Shown one piece after another: positions 37,783 to 47,233 of a stretch of DNA of 64,000 nucleotides. The stretch covers positions 2,816,001-2,880,000 of the forward strand of contig OZ219926.1 of assembly GCA_964291405.2 (NCBI GenBank). The letters are read 5' to 3'. Positions within the stretch are counted from its first letter, which is position 1. Each line of letters starts with the position of its first letter. The DNA comes from Thermodesulfobacteriota bacterium (GTDB lineage: Bacteria > Desulfobacterota > Binatia > Bin18). The position numbers were made by a program, and so were the translations under genes. A model generated the notes under the pieces. The model had not been told where the DNA came from, did not search any database, and saw nothing but the letters and a program-made list of their open reading frames with translations.

Positions 37783-38814
37783 TCAGTCTCCCGAGCGCCG
37801 GGGTTTACGGGCCAGGAAGAAATACATCGGTGTAAAAATACCGGACTCGCCACCGTCGACCAAGGCGTCCGCCGCCCTGTTTAACAGCGTGCTGACCGAG
37901 GCGGCGCCCTCCGGAAACACCCGCAACTTCTCGCCAACCCTCAACACCAGATTGGTCAAGGCGCGGCCAACGGGTGTGCGCGGAATACTCTTGAGACTGA
38001 GGTCGCGACCCTGCAAGGCGCGGTACCAGGGCGTTTCCGGATGCGATTCGGGGGCAAGGTCGTGGGATTCCAGGAGTTCGAATCCGGCCCCGCGCAATGC
38101 GGTGCATATCTCCGACGAGAAGGCGATATCCGGTAGTGCATCCCCCGCCATGATATCTTCCTTGATCCGCAGGTGCTCTGCGTTCCTCGGATCGAATTTC
38201 TCCGTGAGACACCAGTCGTAGCCCGCGAAACAAGCCCCCGGACGCAGGACGCGGAAGATCTCCCGGAACGCGGCAGTCTTGTCCGGTGCGTGGGGCATGG
38301 ACTCGATGGCAATGGCGGCATCGTAGTGGTCGTCACCTTCGGGAACGTGCATGTAGTCGCCGTGGATGAAACGGCACAACGACTGGACATCTCGGGTGTG
38401 CACTTTCGCGCGCTCGATCTGATAGGCGTTAGTGTTGATCCCGACGAAGCTGGCCCCGGAATAGCGGGCCAGATTGCCCATGGGCCCGCCTACCCCGCAC
38501 CCCGCATCGAGCACTTGCATCTCCGGTCCCAGGGACAGCCGATCGGCGAGAAAACGCTGGTGCCTGAGCAGCGACGCCTTGAAGCTCTCGCTCCGGCGCC
38601 GGGGAGCAAAGTGCCAGGACTGACCCCAGCCGAACTCGTAGAAATCGGTCACCAAGTCGTAGTAGTGATTGACGAGCAACTGATACCGCTCTTTTCTCCG
38701 CTCCGAGCCAGCATCGTGGAGCCCGGTGTATTGATCGACCACGGATTTCACTTCATCCGGGGCGAGATTCGCGAGGGAACGAGAGCTCGATCGTTTGGCG
38801 GGCGTACGGGTCAT
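37783..38814 (-). CDS. smt: Sterol 24-C-methyltransferase (SMT/ERG6-like)
   Basis: NHYYDLVTDFYEFGWGQSWHFAP (region I), LDAGCGVGGP (SAM), IESMPHAP, YDWC, GGESGIFTPMY. Confidence 0.93.
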   Translation of the reverse strand: MTRTPAKRSSSRSLANLAPDEVKSVVDQYTGLHDAGSERRKERYQLLVNHYYDLVTDFYEFGWGQSWHFAPRRRSESFKASLLRHQRFLADRLSLGPEMQVLDAGCGVGGPMGNLARYSGASFVGINTNAYQIERAKVHTRDVQSLCRFIHGDYMHVPEGDDHYDAAIAIESMPHAPDKTAAFREIFRVLRPGACFAGYDWCLTEKFDPRNAEHLRIKEDIMAGDALPDIAFSSEICTALRGAGFELLESHDLAPESHPETPWYRALQGRDLSLKSIPRTPVGRALTNLVLRVGEKLRVFPEGAASVSTLLNRAADALVDGGESGIFTPMYFFLARKPRRSGD

Positions 38815-38818
38815 TCGA

Positions 38819-39907
38819 TCATTCTCCGCTCTCCGTCCCGCGCGTCAAATACTCCCGCCACTTCCGCACCGTCACTTTTTGAAAAGCCCGGACCACCGGA
38901 TTGAGCTCGATAGGAGGGGCGTCCCAATGTCTCTCGTACCCCTGCTGCTCCGCTTCGACCGCAAATCGATCCTGGGCGAGTAAAGGGCCGATGAGCAGAC
39001 GGTTCGCGATCTTCAAAACCGTGGTCATGGCGAAACGGGGAATACGTACCGGCAGCAAAGGTATCTTCAGCGACTTGAAGTAGAACAGGAAGAACGTCCG
39101 GGTGGTCCGCTCATCGATTGGCAGCACAAAAAGCCAGTGTTTTATCTCGTCATCGGTGTTCGACCACTGATAGGGGTATTGAAAGCACAGCTCTATGTGA
39201 TTGGTGTCGAGCCGGTTGTGATCGACAAACAGCCCGGAGATACGCCCGCGTCCGACCCGCGTATCGTAGGCGAGGTGCACGTTGTCACCGACAGTCTCGC
39301 AACGGGTGAGGGTGGCGCCTTCGAAGGGACGGTATCGACGGTGCAGATGGGCGTGGGAGAAGTCGCTCACGTTGTCGATCACCATCGAGTGGTGGGCCGA
39401 CCAGGTGAAGCTGAGCGGGACACAGGCCCACCGCGCGGGTCCTTCGAGCTCGGGGATGTCCGGGATCTGGCGCCGCTGTGCCTGCTCCGGTTTCCCAGGG
39501 AACAACCAGATCAGACCGTAACGGACCGTCACGGGATAGGTCCTCAGCGAGACCTTCGGGAGACCTCGTCCGAAGCGGTCGTGGGGGATCTCGGCAAGGC
39601 GCCCGTTTTCATCATACTGCCAGCCATGGTAGGCGCACACGAGCCGGCAGCCTTGCACCTCGCCCAGGGAGAGTTTGAGCTGGCGATGCGCACAGCGATT
39701 CTCGACCGCGTGAAACGAGCCATCTATCCCGCGAAATAACGCAATGGAACGTTTCCAGAAAATGATCTCGACCACTGTGCCCGGTTTGACTCGGTGCGCT
39801 TCTTCAACCGCGTACCAGTAATCCGGGTCCAGACCCGCGGCGCGCGCTTGCTGACGCAAGCTGCCGGCCTCCTCGAAGCCGGAGGGCGCACTCGGTGCCG
39901 GGCTCAT
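38819..39907 (-). CDS. Rieske non-heme iron oxygenase (SdmA-like sterol C-4 demethylase candidate)
   Basis: WYAV, NRCAHR...CAYHGW, DNVSDFSHAHLH, QD; coupled to an upstream NAD-dependent reductase within the sterol cluster. Confidence 0.75.
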   Translation of the reverse strand: MSPAPSAPSGFEEAGSLRQQARAAGLDPDYWYAVEEAHRVKPGTVVEIIFWKRSIALFRGIDGSFHAVENRCAHRQLKLSLGEVQGCRLVCAYHGWQYDENGRLAEIPHDRFGRGLPKVSLRTYPVTVRYGLIWLFPGKPEQAQRRQIPDIPELEGPARWACVPLSFTWSAHHSMVIDNVSDFSHAHLHRRYRPFEGATLTRCETVGDNVHLAYDTRVGRGRISGLFVDHNRLDTNHIELCFQYPYQWSNTDDEIKHWLFVLPIDERTTRTFFLFYFKSLKIPLLPVRIPRFAMTTVLKIANRLLIGPLLAQDRFAVEAEQQGYERHWDAPPIELNPVVRAFQKVTVRKWREYLTRGTESGE

Positions 39908-41049
39908 TTCGGACCCCCAACGGAAGGCATCTGTATGCCTTGGCTCGGTATGAGGTTTTCCACTTGTTCCGTGGCGTTCACGCGCGGGCGTTTCGCGAGC
40001 GGATTCGTGATCGCGTTGCGGTGGTAGTGAAAGGCGTAGGCCTCATGAACCGCAGCCTGGATACTGGTTGGCTGATAGCCGAGCTCCCGTCTCGCTTTGC
40101 CGGTGTCGGCGTGACGGCGCTTTTGTAACAGGCGGATGGCGCCAGGGGTAAAACGCTGGGGAAAGCTCGGATGAAACCGGCTCAGATAAAAGCTCGCCGC
40201 TTCCGAAAAGACGAGCATCAGGCGGGTCGGGATTCGCCGGTGCGGTCGCGGCACGCCTGAGACCTCCTCGAACAGATCCAAGATGTCCGAGATGGTCTTG
40301 TACTCGCTGCTAAAGATGTACTTTTCGCCCGAGCGTCCTCGGTGCATGCACAACAGATGTCCTTCGACAATGTCCCGTGCCGCGACAAACTCGAAACCGC
40401 CATCAACGTACGCATAGAGCTTGCCGTTCGTGTAATCGCATAAGGTCCTGCCCAACCGCGAGGGGAAAAAATCGCTGCCCCCGACCACCGCACAACACGT
40501 TGCGACCACAACATCTTGTCCCGCCGCCGCGGCGCGCCAGCACTCGTGCTCGACGAGTGCCTTGCTACGCTCGTAGGGCATCGTGCGTTCCATGGGATAG
40601 AACTGCATCGTCTCGTCGCTGGGCGCGGACGGATCATCCAAATCATAACCGACCGCACTGAAAGAGCCCGTCACCACCACCCGGCCGGCCCCCGCCTCCC
40701 GCGCCGCTTGCAGCACGTTGCGGGTACCGAGAACGTTGCACTCGAATACTTCCCGGCGATGAGCGCGGTTGCCTTCGATGGTTGAAACCTTGGCCGCGCA
40801 GTGATAGACGCCTTGACAGCCCGTGAGCGCATGCCTGGCGGCATTCAAATCTCGGATGTCACCAAACGCGCGTTCAACCTCGAGGCCTTCCAGTGCTTCG
40901 TTGTTGTCCTCGTGTCTCAGCAACACCCGGACTCGAACGCCGTCGTCGAGCAGTCGGCGCACGAGATTGGCGCCCACATGCCCGGCCGCGCCGGTGACGA
41001 GAACGGGTGGCGTCGATGAGCCAGCAGATGTGCTTGATCGTGAGGTCAT
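39904..41049 (-). CDS. NAD(P)-dependent 3-beta-hydroxysteroid dehydrogenase/decarboxylase-like extended SDR (SdmB-like)
   Basis: VLVTGAAGHVG, GDIRD, YHCAA, NVLGT, YERSK; ATGA overlap with the Rieske gene. Confidence 0.75.
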   Translation of the reverse strand: MTSRSSTSAGSSTPPVLVTGAAGHVGANLVRRLLDDGVRVRVLLRHEDNNEALEGLEVERAFGDIRDLNAARHALTGCQGVYHCAAKVSTIEGNRAHRREVFECNVLGTRNVLQAAREAGAGRVVVTGSFSAVGYDLDDPSAPSDETMQFYPMERTMPYERSKALVEHECWRAAAAGQDVVVATCCAVVGGSDFFPSRLGRTLCDYTNGKLYAYVDGGFEFVAARDIVEGHLLCMHRGRSGEKYIFSSEYKTISDILDLFEEVSGVPRPHRRIPTRLMLVFSEAASFYLSRFHPSFPQRFTPGAIRLLQKRRHADTGKARRELGYQPTSIQAAVHEAYAFHYHRNAITNPLAKRPRVNATEQVENLIPSQGIQMPSVGGPK

Positions 41050-41239
41050 CTCGTCTAGTGTACTGCTTCCAAAGATACCGCCTCCTTGAGGCCGGGTCAA
41101 TACGTGGGTAAACGGGGTAGTAGGTCAAGTTTGCGATGTAAGTTATTGTTTCTACTGGCTAAAAAATTTCAAAGCATGTAGCCAACGGGCGAGGAACGCG
41201 CTATCTTTCTCCCATGCGATACGACTGGAGAAAAGAATA

Positions 41240-42606
41240 GTGCCGCGGCGCATAGCCATTGTCGGCGGCGGCATATCAGGGCTGGCGGCCGCGTGGGCGC
41301 TGGATCACGACCCGGACCGATTCGATTTTCGGCTGTTTGAGGCGCAGGACCGGATTGGCGGAAACGCGATCACTGCCGATATGCCGCAGGATGACGGCAG
41401 CTTCATTCCTTTCGATATTTCCGTCACCGCTTGCATTTCGTCGGGGTACCACCACATCCTGCTGTTGATGAAAAAGTTCGGCATCGAACTGCTCGATACC
41501 AGATTCAGCTACAGTGTGAAGTACCGTGGCGGCGTGTACGCCCACGATTTCGACTCCGACATCCGAGAGCAACTGCAATCCGAAATTGCGAAGTTTCAAC
41601 GAATCCTGAGGCGTCTGAAGTGGTTCGGTTGGCTGAGCCGGTCCCAATCGAAGTTTCTGAACGCCCTCAATCCGTTCAACTACATCAGCATGGGGACGGT
41701 CCTGAATCTGGCCGGTTTCTCCGGGGACTTCCGGTACAAGATACTGAAGCCCATGTTCGTCAACTTCCTGATGGCGACCAATGTGTTCGATATGCCTGCA
41801 TCTCTCTTTACGCGGTATCTCGAATTCTTTGATATCGAAAGCGCCACGCCCATGCAGACGTGGGACCGGGGAACACGACGTATCTACGAAAACCTGTCGG
41901 CCAATTTCCGGGACAAGATATGCCTCAACCGGCCTGTCCGAAAGGTGTATCGCCAGTCGTCCGGCATCGTGGTCGAGGACGAGGACGGTGTACAGGAGAC
42001 GTTCGACGAGGTGATCTTCGCCTGCAATGCGAACCAGACGCTGATGATCCTCGACAACCCCACGATGCTGGAGCGCTATATTCTCTCGTCGATCCGGTAC
42101 GAGAGCGAACTGCACAACCATACGGTCGTGCATTCGGACGCCTCAGTCCTTCCGGACAACGCAGTGCAGCCCCTGAAAACGCGGAGCAATCATATCGAGC
42201 AATACGGCGCCCGACCGGACAATTATGAAATCACCTACATCATGCACAACCAGCAGCCGTGGGCCAATCGGTCTGACAAGCCTTGTCTGGTAACCTACAA
42301 CCCCATCAGCGAAATCGATGGGAAGAAGATTATCGGAAAGTGGTGGTTCCAGCACATTGTGCATGACGTGCGCCACGTCGCCCTGCTCGTTCCTTTGTTC
42401 CGCTTCATTCAGGGCAAGAAAGGCAAACCTGGCACTGTGGCGCCCATACGCTGATCAACAGCCAGGAAACCTGCTTTGTCAGCGGGCTCGCCGCTGCAAC
42501 ACAGATCGGTGTGGATTATCCCTTCGACGATCCCGGGGCGCGGCGGGCGTTCAACCATTACGGGAGTATCATGTATGGTCGGGGGTTCAGGAAGGCGAAG
42601 GGCTGA
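41240..42606 (+). CDS. FAD-dependent oxidoreductase (COG2907/amine-oxidase-like), frameshifted at about 42420
   Basis: IAIVGGGISG, FEAQDRIGG; +1 frame continues QG.RQTWHCGAHTLINSQETCFVSGLAAA..IG..YPF to TGA at 42604-42606. Confidence 0.78.
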
Positions 42607-42642
42607 AGACCGGTACGACCGCATCCGCCACAGGATCACGGC

Positions 42643-43722
42643 TCACGGATGGGTGGATTTGACCTTGCCCGATTCCAGCCTTTCCGGCTGAAGCTCCGGA
42701 TAGAACTGCCGACAATAGCGACGGTATTTCCCTATGGGGCCGTCCGTCTGGCACAGCCGCGGGGAAGACCGATGCCGCTTCCGGTCCCAGATCACCACGT
42801 CCTGCAGCACCTCCCGTTTTTGCCATGAAAGCAGAATGTGTTTCATCAGCCTTTGGCGCAACTTCATCGGTACGAAACCCAGACCCGAGATGAACCGTCG
42901 GGGCTTGCGGATTTCCCGCAGTTGGCCGACCAGCACAAGATCGATGAGGGTGCCATCGATGGGTGTGGGAAGTACCCACAATCTCGCATCCATATCGATG
43001 GTTTTCTCGTGGATTTCGACGAAGGAGTAGCCCAGTCCATAGATGTGAGTGACGGCCGAGACGTCATACACGAGGTCTTTTACACCCAGGAGCCTGTGAA
43101 CGCTTTTGAAGTCGAAGCAACTCTTCAGGTAGGCGCCGTCCACTGTTACCGAACCGACCGGACTCACATTGTCGTAGCCGTGTACGTGGCCCAGGTGTCC
43201 GAGGTCCACGGAATTCTCCGCTGTTTCCTGGGGATGGCCGCGGAATCGGAGGGTCCGGAATCCCAACTCGCTCCACTCCGCACCGGTGGGTGGGTCACCT
43301 GGAAGGTCCCAATGCGGAGGCCGGCCGCCGCTCCCGAACCAGGCGAAGACCAGACCGAGGATTTCTCTGGTCTGGTATACCTTCAGTTTCGCGGCTCTGG
43401 GTGCCGGGGCGTTCGGAGTCGCAACGCATTGGCCGGTCGTATCGTACTCAAACCCGTGAAACGGACAGACGAGGCGACCGTTGCATACCTGGCCGCCAGC
43501 CTCCGGCCCCAGGTACGAGCCCAGGTGCGGACAGACCGCGTCGGCCACGCAGACACGGCCATCCTCGTCGCACCAGGCGACGATTTCCTCGCCCAGCCAC
43601 GTCTTCTCGATCAGTTTCTCTCGCAGAATGGACTCGCGGCTTGCGACGAAATACCACCCCTCAGGGAACGCTGGTAGCTCATCCATGCTAGTCATGGACA
43701 GTCTTTTGGTGTTCCTAGTCAT
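42643..43722 (-). CDS. Rieske oxygenase, Neverland/DAF-36/KshA-like (steroid desaturase/hydroxylase)
   Basis: FPEGWY, CPHLG...CPFHG, ENSVDLGHLGHVH, C-terminal DVVIWDRK...P.L...DGPI..YRRY..QFY; start may be 43695. Confidence 0.8.
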   Translation of the reverse strand: MTRNTKRLSMTSMDELPAFPEGWYFVASRESILREKLIEKTWLGEEIVAWCDEDGRVCVADAVCPHLGSYLGPEAGGQVCNGRLVCPFHGFEYDTTGQCVATPNAPAPRAAKLKVYQTREILGLVFAWFGSGGRPPHWDLPGDPPTGAEWSELGFRTLRFRGHPQETAENSVDLGHLGHVHGYDNVSPVGSVTVDGAYLKSCFDFKSVHRLLGVKDLVYDVSAVTHIYGLGYSFVEIHEKTIDMDARLWVLPTPIDGTLIDLVLVGQLREIRKPRRFISGLGFVPMKLRQRLMKHILLSWQKREVLQDVVIWDRKRHRSSPRLCQTDGPIGKYRRYCRQFYPELQPERLESGKVKSTHP

Positions 43723-43967
43723 GAGTCCAGAGCTCCTTTCAAATTCACAACTCTCTCATCCGCTCCACACCCAACTCCTCCAGGCGCGTCGCCATCGTTT
43801 ACCCAGCGCTGGAAACGACGATGGCAGGTCTGGTAGGAGGATAGGGGTCGGGGAGGTCGTGCCACGGAGCACCTATTCTGAGTATCTACAGTATACCACT
43901 CAGCACCTCCCGGCTCGACCGCTACGGGCGATTATTCACAACGAGAGCGTTCATTCCCGGTAAAGCC

Positions 43968-44450
43968 ATGACGCCAGCCATTCAGGCCCTCAAACATGCT
44001 CGGATTCCCTATCGCCTGTATGAATATCATCACGACCCGGCTGCCTCGTCTTACGGGCTGGAGGCTGCTGAAGCGCTCGGCGTTGACGCGGCTCAGGTCT
44101 TGAAAACGCTCATCGTCAAACCCGCTGCCAGCGCGCTTGTTGCTGCACTGATCCCCGTCTCCACTCAGCTCAACCTCAAGGCGGTCGCCCAGGCAGTTGG
44201 GGTAAAGAAAGCCATCTTAGCCGACCCAAGAGAAGCCGAACGGGCAACCGGCTATGTGGTTGGTGGCATCAGTCCGCTCGGCCAACGCCGTGACCTCGTC
44301 ACGCTGATAGACGAGTCAGCACTCAGCCACGCCAGCGTCTACGTCAGCGCCGGGCGCCGTGGACTCGATATTGCCCTGAGCCCGCAGGATTTGATTCAAC
44401 TGACCCAGGCACGGATCGCCCGTATCGCAGTGTGGCGTGGAGCGGGGTAG
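43968..44450 (+). CDS. ybaK: Cys-tRNA(Pro) deacylase
   Basis: MTPAI, YHHDP, VLKTL, TGYVVGGISPLGQ, SAGRRG. Confidence 0.92.
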   Translation: MTPAIQALKHARIPYRLYEYHHDPAASSYGLEAAEALGVDAAQVLKTLIVKPAASALVAALIPVSTQLNLKAVAQAVGVKKAILADPREAERATGYVVGGISPLGQRRDLVTLIDESALSHASVYVSAGRRGLDIALSPQDLIQLTQARIARIAVWRGAG

Positions 44451-44562
44451 AAGCGGTCCAGCATCCTGGGTCCCGGAAAAATCCTTTCCCCCATTTACAT
44501 CTGCTGCCACAGCGCTAGAGTGAGTACAAGAAGACCCACATGTTTCTTCATGGAGGACGCTT

Positions 44563-45984
44563 ATGGCAGATCACGCATTTCCTCCCATGACGAGCGGCGG
44601 CGTTCCCGTTCTGGGACACGCGCTTCAATTCCTACGCGACCCGACGGCCCTCATAGAACGGGGCTATCATGAGCACGGCTCGATTTTCTCCTTCCAACTC
44701 GGGCTGAAACGGGCGGTCGTTCTGGTCGGACCGGAGAACAATCGCTTCTTTTTTAGTGAGACAGACAAATTGCTCTCCATCCGCGAGAGCTATCCCTTCT
44801 TCATCAAGATGTTCCACGAACGCTTCTATGTCTTCGCCGAGTTCGAGGAATACCTGGAACAGCGAGCCATTATCATGCCGCGGTTTCAGCCCCAGCAGAT
44901 GCACCAGTATGTCACCACCATGGCTAACGAAACGTTTGCCCTGATGGAACGTCTGGGCGAGGAGGGGTCCTGTGATCTGATTCCAACCCTGGGTCCACTG
45001 GTGATGCATATTGCCGCGCACGCCTTTCTGGGCGACGATTTTCGACAGCGTCTGGGCAGTCATTTCTTCCAGGACTTCCGCAATTTTTCGGGAGGGATAG
45101 AGCCGCTTCTACCCCTCTGGCTGCCACTGCCTAGACTGATTCGGAGTCAACGGGCCAAAAGAAAATTGCACAAAATCCTGGGCGAACTCATAGAAGAGCG
45201 CCGTCACAGTCCGGTCGACCCGCCGGATTTTTTACAGACGTTGATTGCGTCCCACTACTCTGACGGGAGGCCGATTGACGACGTGTTAATTATTAATCTG
45301 ATCCTCCTGCTGGTATGGGCCGGACACGAGACAACCGCCGGGCATATCAGCTGGGGTCTGATTGACCTGCTCCTCCACCCGACCTATCTCCAGTCTGTGC
45401 GCGACGAACAGGCTGATATTCTTGACAATGGCCGGGATCTCTCGATGACAGAGGTGCGTCAACTGCGACGGATTGAGTGGGCGCTCAAAGAAACCGAGCG
45501 GCTCCATCCGGTCGCCTTTGTCCTCATGCGCAAGGCCGCCGAGACCTTTGCCTGGCAGGGCTTCCGCATTCCTCAGGACGCCATGGTGTTTATTGCCCCG
45601 CTTCTCTCGCATCGGATGCCCGAGATATTCCCGGACCCCGACCAGTATCGTCCGGAACGGTTCTCCCCGGAGCACGATGAGTCTCGTCAGCCCCATAGCC
45701 TGATTGGGTTTGGAGGGGGCGTGCACCGTTGCGCTGGGGTTCATTTTGCCTATCTTGAGATGAAAATCGTCCTCTCCCTCCTCCTCCAGCAGTATGAATT
45801 CACCCTGCTTGACCCCGAGCCCAAACCGGTCAGCGGAACAAAAACGAAATGGCCGTCCAGTCCGTGTCGGGTCCAATACCGGCGACGGGCTGACATGCCA
45901 CCCAAGGTGCCGCGTCATTTGCCTCCCGTTGGGGAAGCCCACCCCGTCGGCCCACCGGCAGCGCACTGTCCGGTTCCGCACTAA
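44563..45984 (+). CDS. Cytochrome P450, CYP51-related
   Basis: WAGHETT I-helix, ETERLHP, PERF, FGGGVHRCAG; overall architecture similar to the CYP51 at 32105. Confidence 0.85.
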   Translation: MADHAFPPMTSGGVPVLGHALQFLRDPTALIERGYHEHGSIFSFQLGLKRAVVLVGPENNRFFFSETDKLLSIRESYPFFIKMFHERFYVFAEFEEYLEQRAIIMPRFQPQQMHQYVTTMANETFALMERLGEEGSCDLIPTLGPLVMHIAAHAFLGDDFRQRLGSHFFQDFRNFSGGIEPLLPLWLPLPRLIRSQRAKRKLHKILGELIEERRHSPVDPPDFLQTLIASHYSDGRPIDDVLIINLILLLVWAGHETTAGHISWGLIDLLLHPTYLQSVRDEQADILDNGRDLSMTEVRQLRRIEWALKETERLHPVAFVLMRKAAETFAWQGFRIPQDAMVFIAPLLSHRMPEIFPDPDQYRPERFSPEHDESRQPHSLIGFGGGVHRCAGVHFAYLEMKIVLSLLLQQYEFTLLDPEPKPVSGTKTKWPSSPCRVQYRRRADMPPKVPRHLPPVGEAHPVGPPAAHCPVPH

Positions 45985-46063
45985 GCGTTTTCGTGCTTAG
46001 CTAGGGATTCCGCCATCCGCTGCATGATAAGGATGGGTGTGTGCGAAGCACGGGAGGAGACGT

Positions 46064-47215
46064 ATGAGCATCAAAGGAAAAGCGGCAATCTCCGGGTTTG
46101 CCGAAATGCCGCCCCAAAAAGGCGCCGGGAATATTACGCCGCTGGGGATTATTGCCAATGTGGCGCGTGAGGCAATCGCCGATGCCGGTCTGGAAAAGAG
46201 CGATATTGATGGGCTGCTGACCGGCTGGGCGCTGAGCGACTATAGCGTGCTGTGGCCTTCGGTGGTGGCCGACTACCTGCAAATCCGCCCCACCTATTTT
46301 AATCAGGTCGAGCTGGGCGGCGCCTCTGCCGCCGGTATGGTCTGGCGGGCAGCGGCCGCCATTGAAGCCGGGATGTGCAACTCCGTGCTGTGCGTCGTGG
46401 GTGACCGGCGGGCCCGGGCGCGACAGATGCCGCCCTTCCCGAGCATTGAGGCGGAATTCGATGCACCCTACGGCCTGATTGCCGCCAACCCCGGCTATGC
46501 GCTCATCGCCCAACGCCATAAATATGAATACGACACCACCGCGGAACAAATGGCCAAGGTTGCGGTAGACCAACGCAAGAGCGCCTGCCAAAACCCGAGC
46601 GCCTTATTCGGGAACAAAGAAATCGACATTGATGACGTGCTGAACTCCCGCATGATTGTTGACCCCCTACACCTGCTTGAGATCGTCAGTCCGTGTACCG
46701 GGGGCGGCGCGTTTATTGTCACCAGTACCGAACGCGCCAAAGACGGCCCTCACAAGCCCGTAGTCTTGCTCGGAGCGGGTGAGGCCGGCGGCCATTCGAG
46801 CATTACCCATGCGCGCAGCCTGACGACGTCGTTAGTCAAACCGGCTGCGGAATCTGCCTTTCACATGGCCGGAGTCACACCGCAGGATATGGACTTTGTG
46901 CAACCCTACGACTGCTACACCATCACCGTGATCGTGACTCTTGAAGACGCCGGCTTTTGTGAAAAAGGCGAGGGGGGTCGGTTTGTTGAAGACCACGACC
47001 TGTCATACGCGGGCGACTTTCCGTGCAATACCCACGGCGGCCAACTGTCTTTTGGGCAACCGGGGCTCGCCGGTGGTATGAGCCATGTTATTGAGGGCGC
47101 ACGGCAGCTCATGGGACGCGGGGAAGGGCGGCAGGTCAAAGATGCCTCTATCGGCTATGTGAACGGTAACGGTGGAATCATGGCCGAGCAGTGCAGCCTC
47201 GTCTTGGGTGTGTAG
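46064..47215 (+). CDS. SCP-x-type thiolase-like protein (Ltp2-like)
   Basis: DAGLEKSDIDGL, ELGGAS (no N-terminal Cys), YDCYTI, NTHGGQLS. Confidence 0.85.
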   Translation: MSIKGKAAISGFAEMPPQKGAGNITPLGIIANVAREAIADAGLEKSDIDGLLTGWALSDYSVLWPSVVADYLQIRPTYFNQVELGGASAAGMVWRAAAAIEAGMCNSVLCVVGDRRARARQMPPFPSIEAEFDAPYGLIAANPGYALIAQRHKYEYDTTAEQMAKVAVDQRKSACQNPSALFGNKEIDIDDVLNSRMIVDPLHLLEIVSPCTGGGAFIVTSTERAKDGPHKPVVLLGAGEAGGHSSITHARSLTTSLVKPAAESAFHMAGVTPQDMDFVQPYDCYTITVIVTLEDAGFCEKGEGGRFVEDHDLSYAGDFPCNTHGGQLSFGQPGLAGGMSHVIEGARQLMGRGEGRQVKDASIGYVNGNGGIMAEQCSLVLGV

Positions 47216-47233
47216 CGGACGGAAAGGAAAACC

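Noticed and set aside
20507-43722. Squalene synthase (SQS/HpnCDE) within the cluster
   Set aside because: No DDxxD-type prenyltransferase ORF is visible, so squalene must come from elsewhere in the genome or from outside the cell
20292-43967. Sterol cluster as an integrative mobile element
   Set aside because: No integrase, transposase, tRNA or flanking direct repeats were found; horizontal origin is untested
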